Below are positions 54,244-64,000 of a stretch of 64,000 nucleotides of DNA, piece after piece. Source of the DNA: Candidatus Pacearchaeota archaeon (GTDB lineage Archaea; Nanobdellota; Nanobdellia; Pacearchaeales; GW2011-AR1); the NCBI GenBank assembly GCA_041649045.1, contig JBAZNV010000003.1, forward strand, positions 24,515 through 88,514. The letters are read 5' to 3'. Position 1 is the stretch's first letter. Each line of letters opens with the position of its first letter. The notes beneath the pieces are model-generated. The model was not told where the DNA came from and made no database searches. It worked only from the letters and a program-made list of their open reading frames with translations. The translations under genes and the position numbers were made by a program.

Positions 54244-55179
54244 TTAAATTTTCCAGTATTTACGGGAATCAAAATTTTCTCTTTTTGTAAAAAGTCCTAT
54301 AAAAATTCCTCTAAAATATTCTTTAAGGCATAGAAATCGCTTTCCTTGTTTCATTATTTCATAAATATTCTTTGGGAATTTTATAAAAACCATATTAAAC
54401 AAAAAAAATAAAAACTCCACGCTTGACGCGTGAATTCTTTCAAGCCAAATCATATTTCTGGTAGAATAAAAAATTCTAAAACCCGAAATTTTTTTTGAAG
54501 AAGCGGCAACCTTATGCCACATTCTTGTTGTAGGATCAACCGCAAACTTATACCCGCACTTATTTATTCGTATTGCTAAGTCAATCTCTTCCCCGTATGC
54601 AAAAAATTTTTCGTTAAAAAGCCCTGCCTTTTCAAAAGTTTCTCGCCGTAATACCCAACAAGACCCACCCGTATAATCAACAAAAAAAATTTTTCCCCCT
54701 TTCAAAAGATTTTTGCTATTTGGCCATTTCTCTCCCCCGCCTTTTTTTAAATTAAACTTTCCAGGGTTGTCTTCCAAACTTAATTTTTTAACATCATAAT
54801 AATTAAAAACTGCCGGTGAAACAACTCCAATTTTTTTATTAGAATCCAAAACTTTTATCAGTCTTTTGAAGGTATCTTTTTTTACAATTGTATCGTTATT
54901 TATTATAGAAATATATTTCGGCTTGTTTTTTTCTTTCAGGATTTTTCTAAAAAGAAAATTATTTCCTCCGGTAAAACCTAAATTTTTATTACTTTTTAAA
55001 AAATGAACTTTTCTATCAACATTCCAAGCCCCAATTTTTTTAACAGATTCATCGTTAGATCCATTGTCAAGTACCCATATTCGACAATCTTTAACCCTCC
55101 CCTTTTGAATACTCTCAAGACATCCAATCGTATCTTCCCAGCCATTCCAATTCAAAACTATAACAGCGAGTTTATACAT
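54244..55179 (-). CDS. glycosyltransferase family 2
   Basis: 311 aa. AVIVLNWNGWEDTIGCLESI, LDNGSNDES and INNDTIV (the DxD-equivalent). Confidence 0.85.
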   Translation of the reverse strand: MYKLAVIVLNWNGWEDTIGCLESIQKGRVKDCRIWVLDNGSNDESVKKIGAWNVDRKVHFLKSNKNLGFTGGNNFLFRKILKEKNKPKYISIINNDTIVKKDTFKRLIKVLDSNKKIGVVSPAVFNYYDVKKLSLEDNPGKFNLKKGGGEKWPNSKNLLKGGKIFFVDYTGGSCWVLRRETFEKAGLFNEKFFAYGEEIDLAIRINKCGYKFAVDPTTRMWHKVAASSKKISGFRIFYSTRNMIWLERIHASSVEFLFFLFNMVFIKFPKNIYEIMKQGKRFLCLKEYFRGIFIGLFTKRENFDSRKYWKI

Positions 55180-55260
55180 CTTATAATAAAATTGTTTTTA
55201 CTTTTAAACTTATATTATCTTAAAACTTAATTTTATAAAGTTCTTCTGTCACTAATTCTT

Positions 55261-55842
55261 ATGATTAAAAAACTCCGCTACCACCTTCTTAGATTCTACG
55301 CAAAACTCAAGAGAATTGCAAATCCCAATATTCAAATGTGCGATGATCCCCTATATAAAAAATACGATATAGGAAGATTCACATATGGCGCACCAAGAAT
55401 ACTTGATTACAGTTCAGAAAAAACTCTTAAAATAGGGAAATATTGTTCAATCGCAGAATCAGTAAAGATTTTTCTTGGAGGAGAACACAGAATAGATACA
55501 ATTTCAACATACCCCTTTAAAGAAAGAATGAATCTTGGTCTTGATAATGCCTTCTCAAGAGGAGATGTAAAAATAGGCAACGATGTTTGGATCGGATACG
55601 GAGCGACTATACTTTCTGGTGTAACAATTGGAGACGGTTCGGTTATTGGAGCTTATGCAGTAGTCGCAAAAGATGTTGAACCATATTCCATTGTCGTCGG
55701 AAATCCCGCAAAAGTTATTAAAAAAAGATTTGATGAAAAAACAATCAGTAAACTTTTAAAAATGAAATGGTGGGATTGGAACGAAAAAAAAATTAAAGAA
55801 AATATAGACGTAATAACCGGTAAATTTGAAAGGCTAAAATAA
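55261..55842 (+). CDS. hexapeptide-repeat acetyltransferase (CatB/Vat xenobiotic-type O-acetyltransferase family)
   Basis: 193 aa. YPF..., then [57 protein letters not shown] (left-handed beta-helix repeats). Confidence 0.85.
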   Translation: MIKKLRYHLLRFYAKLKRIANPNIQMCDDPLYKKYDIGRFTYGAPRILDYSSEKTLKIGKYCSIAESVKIFLGGEHRIDTISTYPFKERMNLGLDNAFSRGDVKIGNDVWIGYGATILSGVTIGDGSVIGAYAVVAKDVEPYSIVVGNPAKVIKKRFDEKTISKLLKMKWWDWNEKKIKENIDVITGKFERLK

Positions 55843-55934
55843 AAATTTAATTTTAAAGTAATAACAATAGAAAAGCTTATAACTCACATTTTGGTAATCT
55901 TTTATAGGAGTTTCAAGACATAGTGTAAGACAAA

Positions 55935-56465
55935 ATGGTGTCGTTTAAAGAACAAAATTCACAAAAGAAAGGAATAACAAGATTAGGTTTACCCATATTA
56001 ACGGAACAAACCTATAATTCTTTCTTAGAGGAATTGGGAAAAATTAAAAGTAATGAAGAAAGCATAACGTTCCTAAGTCGTTTATTTAAAAAAATAAGAG
56101 ATCAGGATGGTCTTTATGCAAAGTGGATTAGAGACACAACAGGAATGTATCCTCGTGAATTACAAAGTATTGCGTTTTCAGAACTTGTATTTGGATATGA
56201 ATTTTTAAGAAGAGGGGGGGAATTGCCCAAGATAGACCCTATAAAATATCAAAAAAGGTGGGACGGAACAAGCGACAGAAGTTTATCAACTCTTAATGTA
56301 GGATTGAATTTAGGCATCATCCGTGATGATAATCCGATTTTTTCTTGTGTGATAACACAAAGATCTGCAGCGTATTTTTCGGGAGAGTTTATAATACATG
56401 CCATTTCAGATTTATCCTCCGGTTATATGTATTTAGTGGATAATGCAAAAAGAGAAAAAACGTGA
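55935..56465 (+). CDS. hypothetical protein
   Basis: 176-aa ORF with no motif recognised. Its stop abuts the stop of the convergent gene 56466-57413. Confidence 0.45.
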   Translation: MVSFKEQNSQKKGITRLGLPILTEQTYNSFLEELGKIKSNEESITFLSRLFKKIRDQDGLYAKWIRDTTGMYPRELQSIAFSELVFGYEFLRRGGELPKIDPIKYQKRWDGTSDRSLSTLNVGLNLGIIRDDNPIFSCVITQRSAAYFSGEFIIHAISDLSSGYMYLVDNAKREKT

Positions 56466-57413
56466 TTATCTCTTGAATAAATTTTTAATTTTATAAATAG
56501 CTAGTTCAAGCAATTTCTTCGGGATATTGACTCTATAAAGATGAGTGAATGCATCCCAATAATCCCAGTTGTTAACCATTATTTCAGGATGGATTAGCGG
56601 AAATTTAAGAGGCCTAATTTTTATGCGTTTATCATCACCATAATTTGTTGTATGACCTCCTCCTCCTGCTTTTCCAAGACCAAGGTTCGTGATCAAATTT
56701 GATTTCGGGACTATTGCAAGAGCATTATTAATTCTGCATGTAAATTCCCATGGGTAATCATACCCCTCTACTTTTTTTGCATATAATAATCTGTTTAATC
56801 TTAACGCCCTCAATGTGAAAATAAATCCCCTGTATCCAAGAATTTTTTGCCCACGATAACTATCAAATTTAGGATAATTTTTCATTTCTAAATCACATTT
56901 CTCCCACGCCCTTCTCCATGAAGCCCATCCCCACACCCCGACAATGTTCGTAAAAAAATAACTTCCATCACTGTCTGATACCCCTTCAATATTAGTTCCA
57001 TTTATATGCATCACTCTTTCGTCGTCTTTATATTTCTCAAGAATCTCTTGACAAAATCTAAAAAAATCAGGGGAAGGTAGACAGTCATCTTCCAGCACAA
57101 TTCCCCGATCAACATGCTTGAAGAACCAGCTAACAGATTCGTAACTTCCATATTTTGTACCTTTATTGACGTCCCTAAACAAAGTTTTCACTTCACATTT
57201 CCAATCAATATTTTCTAAAATATACTTTCTCACCGCATCTGTTTTTTTCTTTTCTTCCGCATTTCGGGGCCCATCCGCTCCGATAAAAAATTTTTTAGGC
57301 TTAATTTTTCGTATCTCTGCAAAAACTGCTTTCATGCTATCCATCCTGGTAAACGGCAGAAAAAGTATCGGCGTGTCGAATTCAAATTTTTTTTCTTTCA
57401 TTACCAATAACAT
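56466..57413 (-). CDS. putative GT-A-fold glycosyltransferase (GNT-I/HlpA-like)
   Basis: 315 aa. ILFLPFTR..., GADGPRN and VLEDDCLPSPDFFRF (an EDD-type acidic motif) resemble GNT-I-like glycosyltransferases. Pattern-level call only. Confidence 0.45.
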   Translation of the reverse strand: MLLVMKEKKFEFDTPILFLPFTRMDSMKAVFAEIRKIKPKKFFIGADGPRNAEEKKKTDAVRKYILENIDWKCEVKTLFRDVNKGTKYGSYESVSWFFKHVDRGIVLEDDCLPSPDFFRFCQEILEKYKDDERVMHINGTNIEGVSDSDGSYFFTNIVGVWGWASWRRAWEKCDLEMKNYPKFDSYRGQKILGYRGFIFTLRALRLNRLLYAKKVEGYDYPWEFTCRINNALAIVPKSNLITNLGLGKAGGGGHTTNYGDDKRIKIRPLKFPLIHPEIMVNNWDYWDAFTHLYRVNIPKKLLELAIYKIKNLFKR

Positions 57414-58321
57414 CCCCCTTCAACTTTTTTATAATTTTCTATTACATCTTCTTTCATCGGGGATACCCAGTCTTTTGTATATTTAATTTCAGAACTATTG
57501 TCCCAACGTTTGCCCCTTATCCCAAAAAGAAGCTGGAGTCCCCCTCCAAGATGTATCGCCTGTTTTCCTTTTTTTTTCACATATGAAGCCAATGGCAATC
57601 CGTAAGCTCCACAACCGATCAGGGCAACGTCAAATTTTTTTTTATCTATTTCTCTTTTCATATATTCCAGCGCATCAAACCAATTTTTAAATCGGTCATC
57701 TTTTGTGCCGCCCTGCGTCTGAACAGATTTTATTATCTCAAGACTCTTGACTTTTGGGAGAATCCCCAGTTTCTCTCTTTTTTTCATCTGTTTCTCAATT
57801 GTTTTTTTAAACGGATGTATGACCAATATTTTTTTATTTTTCAATTTCTCTATCCATGAATAATATCCGCCACCAGCGACACAAAGAGGAATAATATACT
57901 CAAGGCTCGTAAGGTTTCTCATCAGTTTAACCTTATTTCTGAAATGATTAAGATAATTCCATGCCGCCAAGATATCAATATTTCTTGAAGCTTCAAAATA
58001 AACTTTTCTAAAATTTTCCATTAAAGTTATATCATGAGGGAAAAATCCTGCATTATTACAAAGGGTGTCAAAATTTTTTTTGCTGAACAAATTTCTAAAT
58101 TCCACGCTGCCAAATCTCGCAAGCATAAACGGTTTTTTTGAATCCAATTTTTTCGCAATAATCTCATTCGCCCTTGAAATAGTTTGTAGCGTTATCCTCC
58201 TCTTGCCATTATAAAAACCAATATACTTAACAAAAATCATTTTGAGAGGCCATAGACCCAAGGTTTTTTCGTAGACCTTTTTCAGAAAAATATACAATCT
58301 TGAGCTTTTATTCAATTCCAT
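57401..58321 (-). CDS. hypothetical protein, possibly GT-D (DUF1792)-like glycosyltransferase
   Basis: 306 aa. MLARFGSVEF near the N-terminus and ALIGCGAYGLPLASYVKKKGKQAIHLGG near the C-terminus recall the DUF1792 layout. Low confidence in function. Confidence 0.4.
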   Translation of the reverse strand: MELNKSSRLYIFLKKVYEKTLGLWPLKMIFVKYIGFYNGKRRITLQTISRANEIIAKKLDSKKPFMLARFGSVEFRNLFSKKNFDTLCNNAGFFPHDITLMENFRKVYFEASRNIDILAAWNYLNHFRNKVKLMRNLTSLEYIIPLCVAGGGYYSWIEKLKNKKILVIHPFKKTIEKQMKKREKLGILPKVKSLEIIKSVQTQGGTKDDRFKNWFDALEYMKREIDKKKFDVALIGCGAYGLPLASYVKKKGKQAIHLGGGLQLLFGIRGKRWDNSSEIKYTKDWVSPMKEDVIENYKKVEGGCYW

Positions 58322-58374
58322 AAAATTAATTTCTAAGATAGTATATAAGATTTACTAATTAGTTTTGATTAAAA

Positions 58375-59310
58375 TTAATAGCAATATAAATCCTCTTCCG
58401 AAAACTTATTTAGTCTAACCGAATAATCTTCCCTTATATTTTTAATTAACTCAGGCAACTCTTTTTTATCTGAAGGTTTATGGTAAGCACTTAAAGAAAG
58501 AATTGGCTTAAATTTTTTTATCGTTTTCTCGGCCCCGATTAAAACTTTCGCTTCATACCCCTCGGTGTCAATTTTTATAAATTCAATTTTTCCTAAATTT
58601 AAATCATCAAATCTGCAAACATCTACACTCTCACTTATCCACCCATTTTCTTTGACGAATTTCGGGTTTATTTGCCCTCCGCCGTCTCCAGTGTATCTAT
58701 ATGATATTTTTTCAGAACGATTTTCATCTCCCAAGGCTTTTCTAAACAAGATGATTTTATCTTCCATTTTGTTTAATCTAATTGTTTTTAAAAGATTTAT
58801 GTTCGAACGGCTAACGGGTTCAAAGGAATAAACTTTCTTTGCTCCTAAAAGAACAGAATAGATACTAAAAACACCTTTGTTCGCTCCACAGTCAAGCACT
58901 ATCTTATCTTTTATATTTTTTTCAAAAGCAAAATATTGGTTTTTATACATAATGTCCTTTATATCTTGAAGAATATCCACCTGGGGTATATCAGAAGTAT
59001 CAAATATAGCAGACTTCCCATTAGAAAACACAACGCTTACAAAACGGATATCTTTTTCTGAATATTTATTTAAATAAGGCAAAAGTTTGTATTGCATTTT
59101 TTTTGTTATACTCACTTTCCCAATAAATTTTCTCAAAATACTTTTAAATAATACACTAAAAACATTAAAGTTACCGATTTCTCTCCATGAAGATTTTAGA
59201 ATTGTTCGGATAGAATTACATTCCAAACACCTGAAAAGTTTTTTAATCTCTAAACCGCCAAGGGTTACGGCTTTTTTTGACATAATAAATTTAATTTCTT
59301 TTATTTCCAT
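58375..59310 (-). CDS. FkbM-family methyltransferase
   Basis: 311 aa. VLDCGANKGVFSIYSVLLGAKKVYSFEP and IKIDTEGYEAKVLIGAEKTI are FkbM-family signatures. Confidence 0.8.
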   Translation of the reverse strand: MEIKEIKFIMSKKAVTLGGLEIKKLFRCLECNSIRTILKSSWREIGNFNVFSVLFKSILRKFIGKVSITKKMQYKLLPYLNKYSEKDIRFVSVVFSNGKSAIFDTSDIPQVDILQDIKDIMYKNQYFAFEKNIKDKIVLDCGANKGVFSIYSVLLGAKKVYSFEPVSRSNINLLKTIRLNKMEDKIILFRKALGDENRSEKISYRYTGDGGGQINPKFVKENGWISESVDVCRFDDLNLGKIEFIKIDTEGYEAKVLIGAEKTIKKFKPILSLSAYHKPSDKKELPELIKNIREDYSVRLNKFSEEDLYCY

Positions 59311-59323
59311 TTTAATTTTTATT

Positions 59324-60256
59324 CTATTTCTTTAAAAGTTGTCTGTAATAATCTATCGTTCTTGTAAGCCCCTCTTCTAACGTAACTTTTGGCTCCCAGC
59401 CAAGAGATTTCAATTTTTTTACATTCATTGATTGAACGGTGGCCTCAGTAAATTGCATGGGTTTTGTAAAACTTTCAACATCTTCAGGAAATCGTTTCCC
59501 CGTAAGTTCACATATTTTTTTAATAAGATCTTCCAAGCTTATGGGAGTTGTTCCCCCGCAACAATACACTTCCCCACTCTTTCCTTTTCTTGCAATTGTC
59601 ATAAATGCTTCGATCGCATCGTCAATGTAAATAAATTCTTTTTCGTATTTTCTCACTGCATCTCCTAACTGAGCCTTGTCCCCATTAAGAAGCCTGGTAA
59701 TATTATTTGGAATAACTCTTGTTGTAAGATTCAAATCTCCGGGCCCATAAATATTCGTGCAAATCATCACTTTTATCGGAAGTTGAAAATCATGAAAATA
59801 ACAAAGCGAGACAAGTCTTTGACAAGCCTTTGTCGTGTCATAAACATGCTTTGGTTTTATGAGAGTTTCTTCATTATAAGGAGCGGGCGAGTCCCCAAAA
59901 ATTTTATTACTATTTGAAACTACAATGCTTCTTATGGATCGCGAAGTTCGACAGGCTTCAAACAAGGAAACAATCCCCATTACATTTATATCAAAAGCGC
60001 CATATGGATTATCAAAACATTTCCCCGCGATAGCTTGCCCGGCAAAATGGTAAACTTCCTGAATTTTATAATCTGCCACAACTTTCTTTAAAAGATCTGT
60101 GTCTCGGATATCTCCATTCACAACAACATCAGGGGTATATTTTAAATTTTTATTTTCTCCTTTATCGAATCCTACCACGAGATTTTCTAAACTTTTTAAT
60201 CTCCCTACTAACGAATTCCCTAAAAATCCTTCGTATCCTGTGACTAAAATATTCAT
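59324..60256 (-). CDS. NAD-dependent epimerase/dehydratase (extended SDR)
   Basis: 310 aa. MNILVTGYEGFLGNSL (Rossmann G-x-x-G-x-x-G variant) and the Y-x3-K in YDTTKACQ. Confidence 0.85.
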   Translation of the reverse strand: MNILVTGYEGFLGNSLVGRLKSLENLVVGFDKGENKNLKYTPDVVVNGDIRDTDLLKKVVADYKIQEVYHFAGQAIAGKCFDNPYGAFDINVMGIVSLFEACRTSRSIRSIVVSNSNKIFGDSPAPYNEETLIKPKHVYDTTKACQRLVSLCYFHDFQLPIKVMICTNIYGPGDLNLTTRVIPNNITRLLNGDKAQLGDAVRKYEKEFIYIDDAIEAFMTIARKGKSGEVYCCGGTTPISLEDLIKKICELTGKRFPEDVESFTKPMQFTEATVQSMNVKKLKSLGWEPKVTLEEGLTRTIDYYRQLLKK

Positions 60257-60279
60257 ATTCGTATGACGTCAGCACATTT

Positions 60280-60792
60280 TTAAACATTTGTCTTTACAAC
60301 TCTAAGCGTAACGCTTAATTCTTTCGCGGGGAACCACCAACAAAAAAACTCTTGGTAAATTCTCGGGCATAATCCAAAAATTTTTTCTAAAAACCAAAGT
60401 TGCTTTCTCCATGATATTTTTTTGTTGATTATTTTAAAATCTCCAAATCCCTGCCAATGACACACATGTTCTTTTTCCAGAAAATCAAAAGTAGTCCAAC
60501 TGAAAAAACTGTAATGATCCATCATTGAAAAAGCCGACTCAGAAGAAAAATAAGGTACTCTTATTCTGATTATAGCGTCATTTTTACACACACGATATAA
60601 TTCTTTCATGATTTCTATTGGCTTTTGGAAATGCTCAAGTACATGACTCATTAAAATCTCGTCAACACTGCCGTCTTTAAACGGGAGCCTTTTATTCAAA
60701 TCAACAATTTTGTCGGGGTTCACATCGGGAGATATATCGCAATTGATCCATCCCTTTTTGTGATCTCTGCCGCAACCCAAATTTAATTTCAT
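60280..60792 (-). CDS. class I SAM-dependent methyltransferase (Methyltransf_11-like)
   Basis: 170 aa. LNLGCG, FKDGSVDEILMSHVLEHF. Confidence 0.72.
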   Translation of the reverse strand: MKLNLGCGRDHKKGWINCDISPDVNPDKIVDLNKRLPFKDGSVDEILMSHVLEHFQKPIEIMKELYRVCKNDAIIRIRVPYFSSESAFSMMDHYSFFSWTTFDFLEKEHVCHWQGFGDFKIINKKISWRKQLWFLEKIFGLCPRIYQEFFCWWFPAKELSVTLRVVKTNV

Positions 60793-61508
60793 TTATTTGC
60801 CTCCACGATTAATCCGGTTCTTTGCTCAAGTCTTTTAACTTCTGGCAAATTACCTTTTTTAAACTCTTCTCTCCTAATATTTTTGAATCCAATTTTTTTC
60901 AATAAAACCTCCAGATCTTTAAAACTATATATTTTTTGATGAAAAGAAAAACGGTTGTGGTTGTACCTGTCAACAGTTAAAAATTCCTGAATGGGGTCAC
61001 TGTCGCCCAATTTATATTTTTTTATTGCTGCTTCAATTCTTTTTGTTTCTTCTTCCAAGTCGGGTACAACAATTCTTAAAATACCCTTATTTTTTAGGCA
61101 TCGATAACATTCTTCCAATATAGCGGCCCCCTCTTTTCCATTAAGATGTTCCAAAAAATGACTTGTATAAATATTTCGGACACTATTTGAATTAAGGGGA
61201 ATTCCATAATCTAAGTTAAAGTGCACTATCTTTTTATTTCCCAAACTTTTATAAAAATCTTCAAACCCTTTATAGTTGGAGGTACAACTTTTCTTGTAGA
61301 TATATTTTTTCAAAAAGAGAGGCAAACAAGACTTCATAATGTAAATCAAGAAACTTCCATCAATGCCAATATATTCTTTGATTGTATTATTTTCGCTTCC
61401 AAGATTTATTCCTAAGCTTTTATCATTTAAACTAATTTTTTTATTTTTCTTTAATTTTAAAATAAAAAAATTAATCTCTTCAAATATATCAAACCAAATT
61501 CTTCTCAT
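60789..61508 (-). CDS. class I SAM-dependent methyltransferase (Methyltransf_11-like)
   Basis: 239 aa. SVRNIYTSHFLEHL, CYRCLKNKGILRIVVPDLE. 4-nt overlaps with both neighbours. Confidence 0.68.
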   Translation of the reverse strand: MRRIWFDIFEEINFFILKLKKNKKISLNDKSLGINLGSENNTIKEYIGIDGSFLIYIMKSCLPLFLKKYIYKKSCTSNYKGFEDFYKSLGNKKIVHFNLDYGIPLNSNSVRNIYTSHFLEHLNGKEGAAILEECYRCLKNKGILRIVVPDLEEETKRIEAAIKKYKLGDSDPIQEFLTVDRYNHNRFSFHQKIYSFKDLEVLLKKIGFKNIRREEFKKGNLPEVKRLEQRTGLIVEANK

Positions 61509-64000
61509 TTCATAAACTGCAGATTATCAAGACCTGCATAATCTCCATCAAAGGGTGCGTAAAATTCATTTCTTTCAAGAATATTCTCCGGAATATTTTC
61601 GAGGTCCCATATTTTTATCGGTCCTCTAAATCCATTGTAATACAAAAAACTTCCCTCAAAATTATTCCCGCCCTGTTTTATTAAATCAATATAAACATCT
61701 TCTTCGGCATGAGCCAACTTGATTGTTTCATAATTATCAAAAGGATCATCCATTAAGTACAATTGCGCGAACAAACTCTTGCTTACTTTTGGGCTTAGAT
61801 AAATTGTTGCTCCCGTGGGATTCATTTTCTGCCCCTGAGCATCACTTTCTATTGATGGGAAAATCATCATTATTGCGTCAAGCCCGGTTCCAAAATCGTG
61901 AATTTCTCCATCGACAAAAAGATATCTAAAAGGAATATTGTATTGTTGCCCGTTATAATAAAACACCCCTTCCGGAGCCAAAACCCTACTCCCCTCATTT
62001 GTTAATAAAATTCCGGCAATTCCAGCTTTATAATTTGGGACACCTTCTTTATCATAAGTTGGACCAGGTAAAAATATTTCTTTTCCATTCAAGTTATAAG
62101 TTATATCTTCATCAACCGCACCATTAATTCGGTAAAGTCGGATTGTGCCATTCTTGCTTTCAAAAACTTGAGTTGGGTCGACTAATCCGATAGGCAAAAA
62201 TCCATATCTATCCCAGGACTCATCACTTCCAATTCTTGAATACGCAGGATATTTCCCCAAGTCAGTCGGGTCAATTAATAAATAATTTGTATTCATGCTT
62301 TTAAAATAACTTAATGCAGTTTCTGGGTTAGGCGTCGTCAAAACATATCTTCCAATTCTATGAATCCCCTCTTCTCCTTGAAAATGTCCTCCATCAGCGA
62401 CAGCCCTTCTCTCTCCCAGGCTTTCAACCCAATATCCATAATCCCACCAATGAACAAAAATACTATCCGTAGAGGTACTATTTCTTACCCACCCCATCGC
62501 CTTCTGCCATTGTAAATTTGCCGAAGGACCTATGTATTTTGATTGTTCAGAGATTATATCGTAAGAATAATAAATAAATAAAATTGATGCAATCAAGACG
62601 AGAACAAAAAACACAATTGCAACTACTTTAAAAATTTCATCTTTCGATTTTTTCCAATTTTTAAATAAACTTATAATAAAATAAGCCGACATGAAACAAA
62701 CAAAGGGAGTAATTGCAAAAAACATCCTTGCCGCCGCTCTCCCCATGACAATTGTAAAAAACATCCAGGCAAAAATAAAAAACTGAGTATAACTAAAACT
62801 AAAATCTTCCTTGAAATAAATCCATGCCAAATATGCCCAGAAAAAGATAAGAGGAATAAAATAAAAAGCGCTGCTGATTATATTCTCTCCATTTAAAATA
62901 GAAGTTTCAGATATTTTAGAAAAAATAATCCCCAAAATCATTAAAACATAAGAACCAATAAAAATAAAACGTCTTTTTAAGCTTTTAATATTTTTCCCAA
63001 TTTCAAATCCAAAGTAAACTACTCCCAAAATAAAAAGCCAAAATAATACCATCCCGGTTTGTCCGATCCAATCACTTAAATATGGCGCTTGATTTTCAGC
63101 AACCGTGGCTCCAAATCTTCCCCCACCAAAAGGCACGATAAATTTTTGTATAACACCAATAATCATCGAGAAAACATTTTTCCCAGAAATAGTTAACCCT
63201 ATAATCCCAACCAATATCGTGATAACAAAACTGTATAAAACGCGATAATTCTTTTTTATTGAAAATTTTTTTTGGAAAATTAAAAGACTATCGGCAACAA
63301 TAAAAATCAAAATAATAGGCGCCAAAATTACTTCAGTTCCAAGCAAATAAATATTGATTATTCCCGAAATTTCATATTTAAAAATAGGTCCCAAAATAAG
63401 TGTAAAAATAATCCAGCTAACATAAAAAACCAATCCTTTAATCATATAATCTTTAGAATTTTTAGTTTTGAATATCCAATTCAAAAAGAAACTCAGGGGA
63501 ATAATTAAAAATATGGAACGCGCAATCCCTCCCCATGTCGCAATCGTGAACACTGTCGCAAGCCCCGTCAAAAATCCAAATATTAAGGGATAATAATTTT
63601 TATTTTTTTTATCAATCGTTTTTAATGATAAATAATAAATTAAAAAACAAATAAGAAGAGCCATTATACCAACAGCATCATGATCTGTGAACCCACCCAT
63701 TGTTCTCATTAAATAAGCCGGCGTAAAACCCAAAAATGCAGAAGCCAAAACTGCCGCTAATTTACTTTTCGTGATAATATAAGTTAGAATAAATAAAACG
63801 ATTAGAGTAATCATGAAAAAAATTACAGGAGAAGCAAGGAAAACATCTCTTACCTCATACCAGGGCGAAACAAATTTTTGCATGAGTATAATAAGATTGG
63901 GCATTATTTCAGGATGCCATCCCGTTTGAAAACCAGGAGAATATCTAAAATTATCATATTGGGGCAAACTCCCATTTTCACTCAAAGTTTCCGTAATTCT
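61505..64000 (-). CDS. aglB: archaeal oligosaccharyltransferase AglB (STT3 family), N-terminus beyond the window edge
   Basis: More than 830 aa and multi-TM. The catalytic WWDYGYW motif lies at 62429-62449. The reading frame stays open through position 64000 (...RITETLSENGSLPQYDNFRYSPGF). The track start at 63985 is a TTG inside the first external loop, so the gene is 5-prime truncated by the window. Confidence 0.9.
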   Translation of the reverse strand, partial: RITETLSENGSLPQYDNFRYSPGFQTGWHPEIMPNLIILMQKFVSPWYEVRDVFLASPVIFFMITLIVLFILTYIITKSKLAAVLASAFLGFTPAYLMRTMGGFTDHDAVGIMALLICFLIYYLSLKTIDKKNKNYYPLIFGFLTGLATVFTIATWGGIARSIFLIIPLSFFLNWIFKTKNSKDYMIKGLVFYVSWIIFTLILGPIFKYEISGIINIYLLGTEVILAPIILIFIVADSLLIFQKKFSIKKNYRVLYSFVITILVGIIGLTISGKNVFSMIIGVIQKFIVPFGGGRFGATVAENQAPYLSDWIGQTGMVLFWLFILGVVYFGFEIGKNIKSLKRRFIFIGSYVLMILGIIFSKISETSILNGENIISSAFYFIPLIFFWAYLAWIYFKEDFSFSYTQFFIFAWMFFTIVMGRAAARMFFAITPFVCFMSAYFIISLFKNWKKSKDEIFKVVAIVFFVLVLIASILFIYYSYDIISEQSKYIGPSANLQWQKAMGWVRNSTSTDSIFVHWWDYGYWVESLGERRAVADGGHFQGEEGIHRIGRYVLTTPNPETALSYFKSMNTNYLLIDPTDLGKYPAYSRIGSDESWDRYGFLPIGLVDPTQVFESKNGTIRLYRINGAVDEDITYNLNGKEIFLPGPTYDKEGVPNYKAGIAGILLTNEGSRVLAPEGVFYYNGQQYNIPFRYLFVDGEIHDFGTGLDAIMMIFPSIESDAQGQKMNPTGATIYLSPKVSKSLFAQLYLMDDPFDNYETIKLAHAEEDVYIDLIKQGGNNFEGSFLYYNGFRGPIKIWDLENIPENILERNEFYAPFDGDYAGLDNLQFMK

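Noticed and set aside
1-64000. Search by eye for CRISPR arrays, cas genes, restriction-modification, toxin-antitoxin or other recognisable defence modules.
   Set aside because: I saw none. The methyltransferases present all sit in glycan-biosynthesis contexts and lack DNA-methyltransferase motifs (no DPPY/NPPY or PC-ENV patterns noted).

Overview
AT-rich archaeal chromosome segment. Archaeal identity rests on RNA polymerase subunits D, F and N, r-proteins S13/S4/S11/L21e, the DUF655 protein, the AglB oligosaccharyltransferase and SecDF. The composition and gene content suggest a small-genome DPANN-type archaeon, but that is inference only.

Layout:
1. 0-3.3 kb: fused r-protein/RNAP operon.
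2. 3.4-9.1 kb: COG1361-like surface protein plus a MacB/FtsX-type ABC exporter, whose operon is interrupted by about 1.2 kb of gene-poor DNA.
3. 9.1-12.3 kb: rpoN, an orphan 5S rRNA, a NUDIX gene, tRNA-Arg(CCU), tRNA-Leu(CAA), tRNA-Gly(UCC) and a cytidylyltransferase-GHMP kinase fusion.
4. 12.3-16.3 kb: SecF/SecD and a Wzx-like flippase.
5. 16.3-35 kb: a dense storage-glucan and fermentation block. It holds a frameshifted alpha-glucan phosphorylase, an HddA-like kinase, a debranching enzyme, a ROK glucokinase and a complete three-gene [FeFe]-hydrogenase (HydC/HydB/HydA-like). It also holds an 11-gene minus-strand string: GT4/5 synthase, GH57, two small paralogous ORFs, a MinD/ParA ATPase, a GT3 eukaryote-type glycogen synthase, GAPDH, PGK, PfkB kinase, class I aldolase and TPI.
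6. 35-49.6 kb: a nucleotide-sugar island that looks GC-richer. It contains a transposase-like Zn-ribbon/HTH remnant, two paralogous nucleotidyltransferase modules, and an operon of NT-kinase fusion, cupin, GmhA-like SIS isomerase and split transketolase.
7. 49.6-64 kb: a surface-glycan cluster (GT4, AsnB, GT2, acetyltransferase, epimerase, four methyltransferases in this block, orphan ORFs, one decayed gene). It ends in aglB, which runs off the right edge.

No CRISPR array or intact mobile element was seen.

Best leads: the trimmed HydABC-like hydrogenase in an archaeal context, the ParA/MinD plus duplicated small-protein module inside the glycogen operon, and a possibly non-canonical NDP-heptose-type pathway.
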